64,000 nucleotides of DNA from a virus: positions 1 to 64,000 of the IMG/VR virus record IMGVR_UViG_3300042868_005761; one strand, given 5' to 3'. This document shows, one piece after another, positions 42,851 through 53,562 of the stretch (positions within the stretch are counted from its first letter, which is position 1; the number at the start of each line of letters is the position of its first letter). The position numbers were made by a program, and so were the translations under genes. Under the pieces are notes generated by a model. That model made no database searches and was not told the DNA's origin. It worked only from the letters and a program-made list of their open reading frames with translations.

Positions 42851-43246
42851 ATGGAGTATAACCTCAGTAAGAAAGAACTAGGATATATTCGAGTTGCTAT
42901 TAAACAAGCTAGACGATCCAGTTATGAAAGGTTCTGCCATGGCGCAGTCCTCATTAAGGGTGGTACAATCATTAGTACCGGTTTTAACACGGTCAAAGGT
43001 TCCCCATTCCTAAAGCATAACTTCCCGAATAGCTTGAGAGATACAATGCACGCTGAGATGACATGTCTACATGGATTCCCTACTAGCGACCTTAGTGGTG
43101 CTAGCTTGTATGTAGTTAGGGTTCAACCTAACACTCTTGAGCTTAAGAATAGTAAGCCTTGTGCGCTCTGCGAAGAGCTCATTAGCTGGTATCCTTTGAA
43201 AAAGGTAATCTATTCTAATGGAGGAGGGTTGTTTAGCGCATTGTAA
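42851..43246 (+). CDS. zinc-dependent cytidine/dCMP deaminase-fold protein
   Basis: HAE..PCxxC. Confidence 0.85.
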   Translation: MEYNLSKKELGYIRVAIKQARRSSYERFCHGAVLIKGGTIISTGFNTVKGSPFLKHNFPNSLRDTMHAEMTCLHGFPTSDLSGASLYVVRVQPNTLELKNSKPCALCEELISWYPLKKVIYSNGGGLFSAL

Positions 43247-43258
43247 TACAAGGAGAAA

Positions 43259-43804
43259 ATGCTTACGAAAATACTAATGTTGCTGTCATTCTGGATTGTG
43301 CCAATGAGAAATCTCATTGAGTACGATGCGATTAAGGCAACAGACACATATCGGATCTTGGATAAATATGAATACATCTCTGATTCAGATAAATACTTAA
43401 TCTCTGATGCAATTGAAAAAACTTCAATTGACAAGAAGTTATCCAAGCAAGAAAAAGCAATTGTTCTGGCCGTCGCATTTCAAGAAAGCAGATTTACTAA
43501 AGAGGCAATCGGCTCTTCTGGTGAGTGCGGCCTGTATCAACAGATACCTAAATGGCTACCTAATAAAGAATTGCGTAAAATGAAATACAATGATGCTTGT
43601 GATCTTCTTAAGAATCCATATAGTGGAACTAGAGAGTTCATAAATACTTATAGGCACCTTGAGACACGCTACAAAGAAGATTGGCCTTGTCATTATAACC
43701 AAGGCATTATATGCGGAGCTAGAGGCTATGCTTATTTAAAGAATCATTATCGACTTAGGAGACAGTTTGAGCGTCAACAAGATAAATACGCTAAACTTAA
43801 CTAA
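43259..43804 (+). CDS. SLT-type lytic transglycosylase
   Basis: ESRF, GLYQ, YNQG; hydrophobic N-terminus. Confidence 0.8.
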   Translation: MLTKILMLLSFWIVPMRNLIEYDAIKATDTYRILDKYEYISDSDKYLISDAIEKTSIDKKLSKQEKAIVLAVAFQESRFTKEAIGSSGECGLYQQIPKWLPNKELRKMKYNDACDLLKNPYSGTREFINTYRHLETRYKEDWPCHYNQGIICGARGYAYLKNHYRLRRQFERQQDKYAKLN

Positions 43805-44348
43805 TGATCAGGTTATCTGGCAAATAGTAATATGGTTCTATACTAAAGTATTAAATATTACTGATTACTTCAGTGATACACTCTTAGTTGACATGAAAGA
43901 TATTGCTTTTCCAGATACTCTAAATACTTTAGACTTAGATAAATACTATTATGATCTGAATAGCTATGCGGCTATAGAAAACTATATACAAAAAGCTCTC
44001 ATCCAACGCCAATTAACGCCACAGACACAAGAGCTAGCTATATTTTTTTATCTGCATGCTAAGTTAGGTCATAACGTAGTGTTCTATCCTGGTGAAAGTT
44101 TTAGGAAAAAGAACGTATTCCTTATAGAGGAGGAAAACACCGTCTACTATATTAAGTATGGAAACGATGCAACCTATGATTCGATAAGGAATATTGTTCT
44201 TGATCTTAGTAAAAAACATAAAATATGTCACTACAAAATATTAACTTTAGACAAAAACTTTAAGAAGACTAAAATGTTTAAACATTTTGTTTTTGATTTT
44301 TCTTGTTTGTCTGATTTGAATGACAAAACAAGACATCTAGAGGAGTAG
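43767..44348 (+). CDS. hypothetical protein
   Basis: ORF filling the operon; start uncertain. Confidence 0.65.
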   Translation: MSVNKINTLNLTNDQVIWQIVIWFYTKVLNITDYFSDTLLVDMKDIAFPDTLNTLDLDKYYYDLNSYAAIENYIQKALIQRQLTPQTQELAIFFYLHAKLGHNVVFYPGESFRKKNVFLIEEENTVYYIKYGNDATYDSIRNIVLDLSKKHKICHYKILTLDKNFKKTKMFKHFVFDFSCLSDLNDKTRHLEE

Positions 44349-44349
44349 A

Positions 44350-44985
44350 ATGGATATAGAAAAGTTGATTGCAAGGATTAGACAAGAAAATTTGTCTAGT
44401 CTTTTGTATGGAACTAGACTTGTTGGTAATTACATTGGAATTTTTGGTCTCAAAAAGCGCCCAGATGATATTGACTTTAAAGAAACTGGTACACTTGAAG
44501 ATCTTGATATTAAAGCAAGTGTTGATAAGACTACAAAACTTATAAGGAAATCTATTCCTGGTGATTTTTGTGTTATAGCTTATCCCAGTAATTTCGCTCC
44601 TCTTGGAGATGAGAGATACGCAATTCAATATAATTATCAAATTATTGATTGTGATATATATGCCTATTTAATGTGCGCACAAGCAATTAAAGCTAATAAA
44701 CTTAAAGTTGTAGACAGCTCGTATTCTGATATTTTCTACTTTGATGGAAGATTTGTAGATCTATCTCATTACCTGCTAGACCATATACATGAGCACACAT
44801 TTTTCTTAAGTGAAAGATCGTGTCTCATTCCGTATATGTACTCTCGCAGGACTAAAGGTATTTACTCAGGAGACAATGTTGAAGACCTTTTGTTCAATTT
44901 GCCCAAGGTTGTTGGTGCTGAAAACATAAAAGATATTTTTTCGCTTATGACTATATTGTCTAATATTAACTCTAATCAAAACTAA
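44350..44985 (+). CDS. hypothetical protein
   Basis: GAGGAG SD. Confidence 0.75.
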   Translation: MDIEKLIARIRQENLSSLLYGTRLVGNYIGIFGLKKRPDDIDFKETGTLEDLDIKASVDKTTKLIRKSIPGDFCVIAYPSNFAPLGDERYAIQYNYQIIDCDIYAYLMCAQAIKANKLKVVDSSYSDIFYFDGRFVDLSHYLLDHIHEHTFFLSERSCLIPYMYSRRTKGIYSGDNVEDLLFNLPKVVGAENIKDIFSLMTILSNINSNQN

Positions 44986-44999
44986 TCAAAGGATACAGA

Positions 45000-45515
45000 A
45001 TGTCAGACACAACTAATTCAAATCCCTCAGCTAATATCCGTTCTACCTCTGAGTACAATGTTACTGCTTACTGGCGCAACATTGACACTTACACCACGAC
45101 TGGCAATGATATCTTTGCTGTTCGTGCCCGTGATATTGGTCATTCATGTGGGATTTCCACTGCTCAAGTGAGCCGTGATCTTAAGATTACGACGACTGCT
45201 CTTACTAATCTTGTTCGTAATCGTAACAAGACTGATGGTAAGTTTGACAATGTCATTACGACGCTTGTGCGGGCCCGTGAGTACCGTACTCGTACTGGTA
45301 AAGTGCATCCTATGCATCGCTCACTAGTCCATGCCGTATCCACCAAGTATTCAACTCGTGTGGCTGCTGCTCTAGGTGGTATCTCACCTAGCACTGCGAG
45401 TGTCTGGACCCAGCATGAGCGTAAGGAGATCTCTCGTCGTTACGCCGAGTCTTTTCTCACTGACCTTTCTAGCATTAATCCAAACACTTTCAATACCAAA
45501 GACATTTCTAAGTAA
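45000..45515 (+). CDS. putative DNA-binding protein with two HTH-like segments
   Basis: RDIG..CGIS.AQVSR and RVAA.LGGIS.STAS.W. Confidence 0.55.
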   Translation: MSDTTNSNPSANIRSTSEYNVTAYWRNIDTYTTTGNDIFAVRARDIGHSCGISTAQVSRDLKITTTALTNLVRNRNKTDGKFDNVITTLVRAREYRTRTGKVHPMHRSLVHAVSTKYSTRVAAALGGISPSTASVWTQHERKEISRRYAESFLTDLSSINPNTFNTKDISK

Positions 45516-45528
45516 TAAGGTTTGAATT

Positions 45529-45792
45529 ATGAGCCTTATACTAGCCGCTGTATTTTTTGGACTATTACTAGGTTACTCAACCTATCATACATTCACAAAA
45601 TTGCCAATGGGAGTTCAGTTCTTTTTATTTAGACATGAATTCCTATTTGACGCTGCGGTTACATTTGCAAATCTATTGTTCATAACTGGCATTTCAATGT
45701 CATTTATGGCAATAGCTGCAGGCGTAATTAGTGAATTTACTTGTTTATTCCTATTTGGTTTAAGAAAGAAACAACTATATAACACTATATAA
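45529..45792 (+). CDS. membrane protein
   Basis: hydrophobic throughout. Confidence 0.7.
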   Translation: MSLILAAVFFGLLLGYSTYHTFTKLPMGVQFFLFRHEFLFDAAVTFANLLFITGISMSFMAIAAGVISEFTCLFLFGLRKKQLYNTI

Positions 45793-45800
45793 GGAGCATT

Positions 45801-46430
45801 ATGACTACTAATGTTTTTAAGTCAGATGAGAGAGTTACTTTTGCGAGCGCTCTTTTCGTTCGCAAGCACGATTACAGTGAGCATTCTTGTCAAGTCTATC
45901 AGATTTCAGAGCTAAAGAATGCTAATATGTATGACAATGCAAGCTATCTTGCTACTCTATACAATCGTAATAGAGGAATTTTTTCAAAGAAGAATCGCAT
46001 AGAGACTGGCTTGTCAGTTAGATATGTAACTACTGCGGCCTTTCGTCTTGGTGATTCTGAGTTTGCTTTTGCTTTGTCTGTCCATAATCCTGTAGATGCT
46101 TATGATAAGCATGAGGGCAGAAAGGTTGCTTTGTCTAGACTTAAGCGAGCTTTTCTTGGTCGACCGAATACCGATAAGTTTGTTTGGATTGCTGACTATT
46201 CAGTCACTGATTCTACAACAAAAATTCGCATTCATCCTTTGACTGCACAGGCAAGAATGGAGTATCCTATATATGAAGAGGTTATAGATTCTTGTGATCT
46301 ACAATTCGGTACTCCAGACAGACCTGACTTTAGAGCTCTTGCGAAAGTTGCTTATAAGCTTATCTCTGATAAGGTTTCACAAGCAAATCCGAAATACGAT
46401 CTATCAGACTATCGCACTATATTGAAGTAA
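45801..46430 (+). CDS. hypothetical protein
   Basis: AAGGAG SD. Confidence 0.75.
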   Translation: MTTNVFKSDERVTFASALFVRKHDYSEHSCQVYQISELKNANMYDNASYLATLYNRNRGIFSKKNRIETGLSVRYVTTAAFRLGDSEFAFALSVHNPVDAYDKHEGRKVALSRLKRAFLGRPNTDKFVWIADYSVTDSTTKIRIHPLTAQARMEYPIYEEVIDSCDLQFGTPDRPDFRALAKVAYKLISDKVSQANPKYDLSDYRTILK

Positions 46431-46548
46431 ATAAAGGATATTAATGGATATTAATCAAAAGAAATTGTCATTTGCGTTGAAGAATTATCTAACCGACAAT
46501 CAATACGTCTTTACAGTTACTTATCATTAGGAAATAAATAAATTAATT

Positions 46549-46758
46549 ATGTCAAAGAATTATAGAGAAGATTTCTCAGATCATGAGATTAAAGGCTTTA
46601 AGGCTCAGAAGAATGAGCGTAAACCTAGGGATTTTAATCCTGCCGAAGAAGAGGACGGAGTATCTTGTCCGAAATGTAGGCGGTTTTTAACTTATACTTA
46701 TTTAGCTAGAAATTCTAAGTGCTATAGCTGCGAGAGCCTTGTGACTCTCACAGACTAG
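46549..46758 (+). CDS. small Zn-ribbon protein
   Basis: CPKC..CYSC. Confidence 0.7.
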   Translation: MSKNYREDFSDHEIKGFKAQKNERKPRDFNPAEEEDGVSCPKCRRFLTYTYLARNSKCYSCESLVTLTD

Positions 46759-46769
46759 AGGAGTAAAAT

Positions 46770-47039
46770 ATGGCAACTATCTTAGAATCTAATAAGAAAG
46801 TTGCTGATTTTATTTCATACTTACAAAGTATTGAAATAGCTCCTGGATTTTCTATCTTAGATTCTTTTGAAGATTTTGAAGATTATCTATTTCTTTATTT
46901 TCAAAAGCAAATCTGGAATCGAGAAATTTTTGACATAACTATTAAAGTAGGAGACGTTCTAGGATATAGGACCTCCTACTTTTTTTATGACAAGAAAACA
47001 AATAAAATGGCTGTCTGCTATGTAAGGGACACAGAATGA
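46770..47039 (+). CDS. hypothetical protein
   Basis: GAGGAG SD. Confidence 0.7.
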   Translation: MATILESNKKVADFISYLQSIEIAPGFSILDSFEDFEDYLFLYFQKQIWNREIFDITIKVGDVLGYRTSYFFYDKKTNKMAVCYVRDTE

Positions 47040-47338
47040 GAAATATAAATTCAGACTCAATTACCAATACTGCAGATGCTATTGGCGATCTTGTTGCTGA
47101 GAAAAATCTTGCCTATGGTGATGCTTTTTCAAAAGCTGGTGAAGTATTAAAAATTTTATATCCGAATGGTGTTTCCACGGATAAGTATCTTGATATCTTA
47201 GTTACAGTTCGAATTCTTGATAAGTTATTTCGAATTGCTAATAGTAAAGATGCTTTTGGCGAAAGCCCATGGCAAGATATTGCAGGTTATGGAATTCTTA
47301 TGAGTGCTTACTCAAATACAGAGATAGAGGAGAAATAA
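47036..47338 (+). CDS. DUF1599-like nucleotide-modification-associated protein
   Basis: KN..YGD.F, R..DKL.R, DIAGY.IL. Confidence 0.65.
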   Translation: MRNINSDSITNTADAIGDLVAEKNLAYGDAFSKAGEVLKILYPNGVSTDKYLDILVTVRILDKLFRIANSKDAFGESPWQDIAGYGILMSAYSNTEIEEK

Positions 47339-47340
47339 CA

Positions 47341-48240
47341 ATGACTTGTATCCTAGGATATTCAAATACAGGCATCGACACTACTACCGGCATGCCTACC
47401 AATATGGATCTTGATCCATTGCTTAAATCTGTTTTACTGAAAGCCGATAGCCGTGTTAGCTATGCTGATTATGGCTTTATGCTTAAGCAACCTAAGATCT
47501 TCATTCGTGATGATATTATGTTTGGTTATGCTGGTGTTCTTAAGGATGCCCAGCTATTTCAGCATACTTACTACGAGCTCATTCGCCCTGATGATGTAAG
47601 CGATATTGCTTATATTCATAATGTGCTTAACGAGATTATTCCTGCAAGTATGCAGAGTAAGATAGTTACTAAGGGTCGTGGCATGGACGATATGGATCCA
47701 CTACCAGCTAGCAATCTTAATTTGCTTGTTGGTTATCGTGGCAATCTTTATCATGTAGACGCGTTCCTTTGCGTGACCCTTCTAGCTGAGCCATTTCAGG
47801 CCACAGGTAGTGGGCAACCTACAGCTCTTGGCGCATACTCTCTAGCTAGACGCTTGGGCCTTCTTGACCCAGCTGACGACGATGAGACGCATGTCATGTT
47901 TGACGGCGAACAACTACTAGATACGGTTATGGATTCAGTTTGTGATATCCATATGGGAGTAGCTGGTCCATTCTGTATGGTCGAACAAGTATATAATACT
48001 GAAACGAAAGAAACAATCTATGTTGTAAAGGAAACTTACAGTGAAGTAGATACTATTTTCACTAAGCCCTTTCCTCATAAGCTATCAATCATTTATGATA
48101 CTGATGACCAATTTGTACAGTATGGCAAGTCTCATACTCCTAAAGTAAAATCAACTCCAAAGACAGCTTCAAATAAGAAGACTAAGGGTAAATCAAAAAA
48201 GAATTCTACAACCGATAAGAAAAAGAAAGGATCCGATTAA
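47341..48240 (+). CDS. HslV/proteasome-beta-like Ntn hydrolase
   Basis: N-terminal M-T-C-I after GAGGAG; ADSR, K..G.AG, A.GSG..A.GA. Confidence 0.7.
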   Translation: MTCILGYSNTGIDTTTGMPTNMDLDPLLKSVLLKADSRVSYADYGFMLKQPKIFIRDDIMFGYAGVLKDAQLFQHTYYELIRPDDVSDIAYIHNVLNEIIPASMQSKIVTKGRGMDDMDPLPASNLNLLVGYRGNLYHVDAFLCVTLLAEPFQATGSGQPTALGAYSLARRLGLLDPADDDETHVMFDGEQLLDTVMDSVCDIHMGVAGPFCMVEQVYNTETKETIYVVKETYSEVDTIFTKPFPHKLSIIYDTDDQFVQYGKSHTPKVKSTPKTASNKKTKGKSKKNSTTDKKKKGSD

Positions 48241-48242
48241 CT

Positions 48243-48758
48243 ATGTCTGACTACAAATACAATGGTTTACATTTAATTTATGATGCTGGCGCTAAGTCAG
48301 TGCCTTCAACTGATAGATTAAATCCTCTTAATGATCCAAGTATGGGTCATAAAGTTGTATCAGCCCTTGTAGATGCAATTGATATGACATTAATTGTTCC
48401 TCCACTTACTATAGAATTCCCACATAATAAGTGTGAACTAGAGCGAGTCCTTCAGCGCTTAAATGCTGAAGGGCTTGCTAATTCTACTACTGCCCAGTTT
48501 ATTGCTGGTGCCCTGAAAGAGCGTGCTGAGCAAACATATGGTTATAGTACGATTGCAATGATTGCAGAATCGCATATTGCATTTCATACATTTCCCGAAC
48601 AGGGATTTGTAACCGCTGATGTTTATTCATGCAAAGATTTTGATGCAAAGCTTGTTGAAGAAATATTTGACAGGATGTTCTTTCCTGGTTCAAAAGATAT
48701 TGAGAAAAGTGTTCATATGGTCCGTAGAACTTTGGACCTGTCTCGTTTCGCGGAGTAA
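48243..48758 (+). CDS. speD: S-adenosylmethionine decarboxylase family proenzyme
   Basis: G.HL..D, IAESHI.FHTFPE.G....DVYSC. Confidence 0.85.
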   Translation: MSDYKYNGLHLIYDAGAKSVPSTDRLNPLNDPSMGHKVVSALVDAIDMTLIVPPLTIEFPHNKCELERVLQRLNAEGLANSTTAQFIAGALKERAEQTYGYSTIAMIAESHIAFHTFPEQGFVTADVYSCKDFDAKLVEEIFDRMFFPGSKDIEKSVHMVRRTLDLSRFAE

Positions 48759-48760
48759 AA

Positions 48761-49834
48761 ATGTTTTTTAAATTTGAGGATGCGGTAGCTGCAAATTATC
48801 AGCTTGCCTATGATGATATTTTGCTTAATCAGGCTCCAGTGTCTGATATCAATAGTAGATATGGATCAAATATTAGTCCTTACCACAGGAATGAAAATGG
48901 GTATTATCAAAAGCCTTTTGATGCTTTGCCAATTGTTGCTAGTCCTATGCCAGGGATTGCCGGCCATAATTTTATGGACGCAATCACTGACTCCAGCTAT
49001 AAGCCTTTTGCAGTGTTTGCTGACAGGTTTCGCCCAGAACATGAGCTAGACGAAATGTATATGAGAGGCTGTGGCATTAGCATTGGCCTTGACTATTCAA
49101 TTGACAAGTTGCTCCATAAGGTCAGTGAGTATGAGATTGCTCACGTTCTAGTTGACATTGCTAATGGTAATCTAGACAGCATGTATGACTATCTGGTAAA
49201 GCTCCAGAACCTTCGCTTTGATGAGGGTGTCTTTATCTGGGCCGGAAACGTAACCAACGAGCTAGCTTATAGTCGCATTGCTAGTCTTTGCGATTATATT
49301 CGTGTAGGCATTGGTGGCGGTAGCGCTTGCACTACTCGTCTCAATACTGGTGTTGGCGCTGGTAATGTTACTGCACTTGCACGTTGTCATGCTGAGCGTA
49401 AGCGACTAGTCTATACATATCCTAAGGACGCCGCCGCTCCAGCTTATATTGTGGCTGACGGTGGCATCCGGAATAATGGCGATATCTGCAAGGCTCTTGC
49501 TTCAGGGGCAGATCTTGTAATGCTTGGAAAGATGTTTACTGCTACATCTGAGAGTGCCGCAGGCGCAGTACTAGACGAAAAGACTGGTATCTGGTACAAG
49601 GAATACGCAGGACTTGCTAGCTCTTTCTATAATAAGAAGAGCAGCATTGAAGGCCAGTCTGGGCTTATTCCTATGACAGAATCTGTTGTAGAGATGCTTA
49701 AAGGTATTGAAGGGAATCTTCGTAGCGCTATGAGCTATACTAATAGTCATAGCCTTATTGAGCTTCAAAACTGTACTAAACTTATTTGTTCTCCTAATAT
49801 TACCGTTGAAAATAACACTTCACTAGTGAGATAA
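48761..49834 (+). CDS. IMP dehydrogenase / GMP reductase family protein
   Basis: YDD.LL, ASPM, D.ANG, GNV, GIGGGSACTTR, ADGGI, LRSAMSY. Confidence 0.88.
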   Translation: MFFKFEDAVAANYQLAYDDILLNQAPVSDINSRYGSNISPYHRNENGYYQKPFDALPIVASPMPGIAGHNFMDAITDSSYKPFAVFADRFRPEHELDEMYMRGCGISIGLDYSIDKLLHKVSEYEIAHVLVDIANGNLDSMYDYLVKLQNLRFDEGVFIWAGNVTNELAYSRIASLCDYIRVGIGGGSACTTRLNTGVGAGNVTALARCHAERKRLVYTYPKDAAAPAYIVADGGIRNNGDICKALASGADLVMLGKMFTATSESAAGAVLDEKTGIWYKEYAGLASSFYNKKSSIEGQSGLIPMTESVVEMLKGIEGNLRSAMSYTNSHSLIELQNCTKLICSPNITVENNTSLVR

Positions 49835-49835
49835 A

Positions 49836-50288
49836 ATGGAAGAATTTGACATTAATGCCTTTATTGACGATCACGCCGATGAAGATCTAGACACACTTAC
49901 AGTCTTTATTCCTGATGAACTTAAGATTGACAGTGATGAAGAAGAAGATTTTGGTAAGTATGAACACGAAGAGCTACACAATTCTACTTTAGATCTTGTA
50001 GCAGCTGTTCATCCTACTGGCGATACTATTACTAGAGATGCAGCTATCAGCATTTATCCTACAAACAATTCAGATGTACAGACCTTGTCTTACGTTAGTA
50101 GTTGGTTTGATTACTATACTGATAGTGGCAAGAAGTACTGCAATCAGGTTAATCTTTATCTAGAGATTGCCGATTTGTCTGACTCGTCTTTTGGTCAAAC
50201 CCAGGTTATGGACTTTGACTCACTTAGAACCTCGACTCAAAGGAATGATCGTAAGATCTACTCAAGCCTAGTCAATAGAATTCTATAG
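49836..50288 (+). CDS. acidic hypothetical protein
   Basis: 150-aa ORF. Confidence 0.7.
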   Translation: MEEFDINAFIDDHADEDLDTLTVFIPDELKIDSDEEEDFGKYEHEELHNSTLDLVAAVHPTGDTITRDAAISIYPTNNSDVQTLSYVSSWFDYYTDSGKKYCNQVNLYLEIADLSDSSFGQTQVMDFDSLRTSTQRNDRKIYSSLVNRIL

Positions 50289-50830
50289 TGATTGCTAAAC
50301 ATTTTTGGCAGCTATTCCAGCCTGCCGATAGGTTTGGCACACCAATTAGTAAAACATCTATCTCAGCTTCAAGCAAGGCTAAACAGCCAGGTCTTACTGG
50401 GGTAGATTGTTTTAATTTCTTGCTTAGCAAATATAGCGCAAATCAAATCCTTAATAAGAATTCAGATTTAGATATATATATTTCTAAGGTTCTAAAGACT
50501 GATCAAATATATAGTGCTCTTGATGACTTCGGGATTGTAGGTGTATTTACACTAAGCACACTCCCTGGTCATTATAACTATGTATGGCGAGATGAACTTC
50601 ACAAGAAACCTAGTCAGAAATTCTTAATTTTTACACTAGATAGTAATATCTATTTTGTTTGGCTTTCTTTTTTACTTAGAAAACCAAAGACTTGTCCTAT
50701 TGTTACTTCTGTTCTTTTTGACAAAATTAAATCTGATTATTCAGATTTGATTACGAAGCCAGAACTAACTGATATAGATAAATTATTTATTAAAGATTTT
50801 GAACTAATCATTCCTCATGTGAATCTATGA
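50288..50830 (+). CDS. hypothetical protein
   Basis: coupled ORF. Confidence 0.65.
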   Translation: MIAKHFWQLFQPADRFGTPISKTSISASSKAKQPGLTGVDCFNFLLSKYSANQILNKNSDLDIYISKVLKTDQIYSALDDFGIVGVFTLSTLPGHYNYVWRDELHKKPSQKFLIFTLDSNIYFVWLSFLLRKPKTCPIVTSVLFDKIKSDYSDLITKPELTDIDKLFIKDFELIIPHVNL

Positions 50831-51489
50831 TCTTTGACAAAGAAAGTTTTTATTCAGCTATTGGTAGGCAAGAAATTAAAGACTGCACCAAGTGCAAGGA
50901 TTTATGTGCTTCAAGAAGCCGTGTCGTAATTGATAAGTTTACCAAAAATACAGTAGCTCCATGGGACCATAAGACTTTACCTATTCTAGTAATTGGTGAA
51001 GCTCCTGGCGAGACGGAAGATCAAGTTGGTCTTCCATTCATGGGTGTGAGTGGTAGAGTTCTTGATACTTATCTAAGGCAATATGATTTAATTGATTTGA
51101 CATATGTAACTAACATTGTTAAATGCCGACCTCATAAGAACCGAACTCCTACTCCTGAAGAGCTTTCTAATTGCAGTCCATATCTTGCTAAGCAGATTAG
51201 CAATCTAAAGCCCAAGGTAATTGTTACACTTGGTAAAAGTGCAATGGCTGGTTTAGAGATTACCGGAACAATTAAAGATCCAAAGTCTGTTGATTGGAAA
51301 AAGCCGGATGCTGTATCTTCTTTTACTCTGGATGGCCAAGACTATCCTGTTATTCCAATCTACCATCCTAGTTACTATCTTCGTCAGAAGAATGCTCTAA
51401 CAGAACAAGATTGGGAACTTTTTCAATTTAATTACTCTCATAAGTTTAAATATATTAATAATTTTATTAATGAAATCAATGACATGTAA
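50827..51489 (+). CDS. uracil-DNA glycosylase, family 4
   Basis: C..C..LC, GEAPG..ED..G.PF.G.SG, TNIVKCRP, HPSY. Confidence 0.9.
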   Translation: MIFDKESFYSAIGRQEIKDCTKCKDLCASRSRVVIDKFTKNTVAPWDHKTLPILVIGEAPGETEDQVGLPFMGVSGRVLDTYLRQYDLIDLTYVTNIVKCRPHKNRTPTPEELSNCSPYLAKQISNLKPKVIVTLGKSAMAGLEITGTIKDPKSVDWKKPDAVSSFTLDGQDYPVIPIYHPSYYLRQKNALTEQDWELFQFNYSHKFKYINNFINEINDM

Positions 51490-51560
51490 AGATAATCCTG
51501 TGCGCTAACGCGCATTTTTTGTTTGGATTTTTCTTCCAATTACTCACCAAAGGGGTACAA

Positions 51561-53507
51561 ATGTCAAAGTCAAACTCTATTGACTTTTCTGATATTAGTG
51601 AAAATGAAGTTATTGAAAAGTATTGGACACCTCCAACTCTTAATTACGGTGGTCAATATGGCGCATATGAGACAATCTATGCAACTGCAAACTACCTTAG
51701 TATCGGAGATGTAGGCGATCCGGACTGGAGAGAAGCTCGAAGACTACCTTTCGGAGATGAAGCACTTGAAGCTCTTTACCCTGGTAACAGAGCTCTTAGT
51801 TTTATTCAATATCCATGGGAGCATCCTGATGCTGACACTGACACAGGCAATCCTGTAAAAAGTTATCTTGAGAAGGACTCTGGTATTGAATGGGTTATCT
51901 TGGAGATGAACAAGACTGAAGTTGGCTCCGAACGATACAATCATTTGTCTGAGTTTCTTGCTGAAGCAAGAGATTACAACAATCGACAAGTCGAGGAGGA
52001 AGGCTTTATTCACGCGCCTTCTTGGGCAATGGATGCTATTATCTACTCTCAAGAGCATTCATACAATGAAGAGCATACAAAGCTAATTGAAGAATTCCTA
52101 CCTAAGGGATCTCAAGCTGCAAGAGTTATTTCCTCTGCTCCTTACGCGGATGGCAATACTATTGAGACAATGAGAGATATTCATCATGAATATACTATTT
52201 CATTTCAGGAGAAGGGTAGGCTTTATACTTTTGCCTTAAAAGATGGCAAGAAGACTTATGGACCTTACGGCGGGAAAATTAACTCTATTAAATTTTACAG
52301 GGGTAAAAATACTTGGGAGCCAAAGGCTCAAGAGTTTAGACTTGAGGAGATGTATAAGCTTTTACACTCTGCCTCAATTACTCCTATCTTTAATAGTAAG
52401 ATGGAACTAGAGCGAATCCAGCATCCTGATATTACTTTAGACAACCTTAAGTATGCCAAAGAGAATTACTCCTTGCTTGCTAATGCAATTCATGAGGCTA
52501 ATTTTATTACTGGCAGCATTGTTGGTCATATTAGAAAGCTAGAAGAAGACATCTTTTGGGAAACCTTAGATAAAAAGCTTCGCAAGGATAGAATTTATTC
52601 TGGGATTAGAGACGCAGCACGCGAGCTTAATCTATCAGGGATTACGCCTAGGCAGATTGGCAAAGACGGCATGTCTAAAATTTTAGAAGACTTTCCTAAG
52701 ATTCAAGCAGAGATTGAAACTAGAATTCAAACTCCATACTATGTTCTTAACGTGGGCCGGAATACAACTGTAGCTGTAACCCCTGATAAGACTTTAGCTG
52801 ATATGTTTAAAACTGGCAGTGCTGAAGATCTTCTTTACTTTATGCTCCCTGATAAGATGCGCATAAAGCTTGGTTCGCTTGAGGATACTATTACACAGTA
52901 CGGATACGACAGTGAAGAATATAGACGCTGGAAGATTGCAGCAACTAAATTCCTTACTTCTGACAAATCCAAATACACAACAAAGTCATTGCAAGAGATG
53001 GTTTGTCTTTATAACATAAACCATAAGGTTAAAGTTATTCGGCCAAAGACTCTAAGAGAATATGGTTGGCTTCTTGCCGAGATTCCATTTACTCGTACTC
53101 AAATCAATTTGATGAGTAGCTGTCTTGATTTGTATGGCAAGGCTATCATTGCTACTCAACAAAATAGTCCGTCAATCAAACCACTATATGCTAGAATCAA
53201 AAACTTTCTTGAATATCAGATTCAGAATAATAAGATTCCCAAGCATATTCTTTTGGAAATTGCGAACATGCGCAATATTTCTTTTGTATATAACTTAGAG
53301 AAAACCGAAATTACTAATAAAGCCGAAGCTAAGAAACTTTTTGAGGCTGGTCTTGCTAGTGATACTGAGATTAAAGTTGGAAATTATTTAAAGATTGAAT
53401 TAATGTTTGATTATGTTTTCGATAATCCAAGCGATGTCTTTCGATATATTTCTAATTTTGGTCCCAGCATTAAGGCTGTGCAACTTGCACAGTCAAGTTT
53501 AATTTGA
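51561..53507 (+). CDS. hypothetical protein
   Basis: long ORF; AAGGGG SD. Confidence 0.8.
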   Translation: MSKSNSIDFSDISENEVIEKYWTPPTLNYGGQYGAYETIYATANYLSIGDVGDPDWREARRLPFGDEALEALYPGNRALSFIQYPWEHPDADTDTGNPVKSYLEKDSGIEWVILEMNKTEVGSERYNHLSEFLAEARDYNNRQVEEEGFIHAPSWAMDAIIYSQEHSYNEEHTKLIEEFLPKGSQAARVISSAPYADGNTIETMRDIHHEYTISFQEKGRLYTFALKDGKKTYGPYGGKINSIKFYRGKNTWEPKAQEFRLEEMYKLLHSASITPIFNSKMELERIQHPDITLDNLKYAKENYSLLANAIHEANFITGSIVGHIRKLEEDIFWETLDKKLRKDRIYSGIRDAARELNLSGITPRQIGKDGMSKILEDFPKIQAEIETRIQTPYYVLNVGRNTTVAVTPDKTLADMFKTGSAEDLLYFMLPDKMRIKLGSLEDTITQYGYDSEEYRRWKIAATKFLTSDKSKYTTKSLQEMVCLYNINHKVKVIRPKTLREYGWLLAEIPFTRTQINLMSSCLDLYGKAIIATQQNSPSIKPLYARIKNFLEYQIQNNKIPKHILLEIANMRNISFVYNLEKTEITNKAEAKKLFEAGLASDTEIKVGNYLKIELMFDYVFDNPSDVFRYISNFGPSIKAVQLAQSSLI

Positions 53508-53562
53508 TATCTTAATATTAAGCCCGAAAGGGTTTATTTTTTACCTAATACATAGTGAATAC

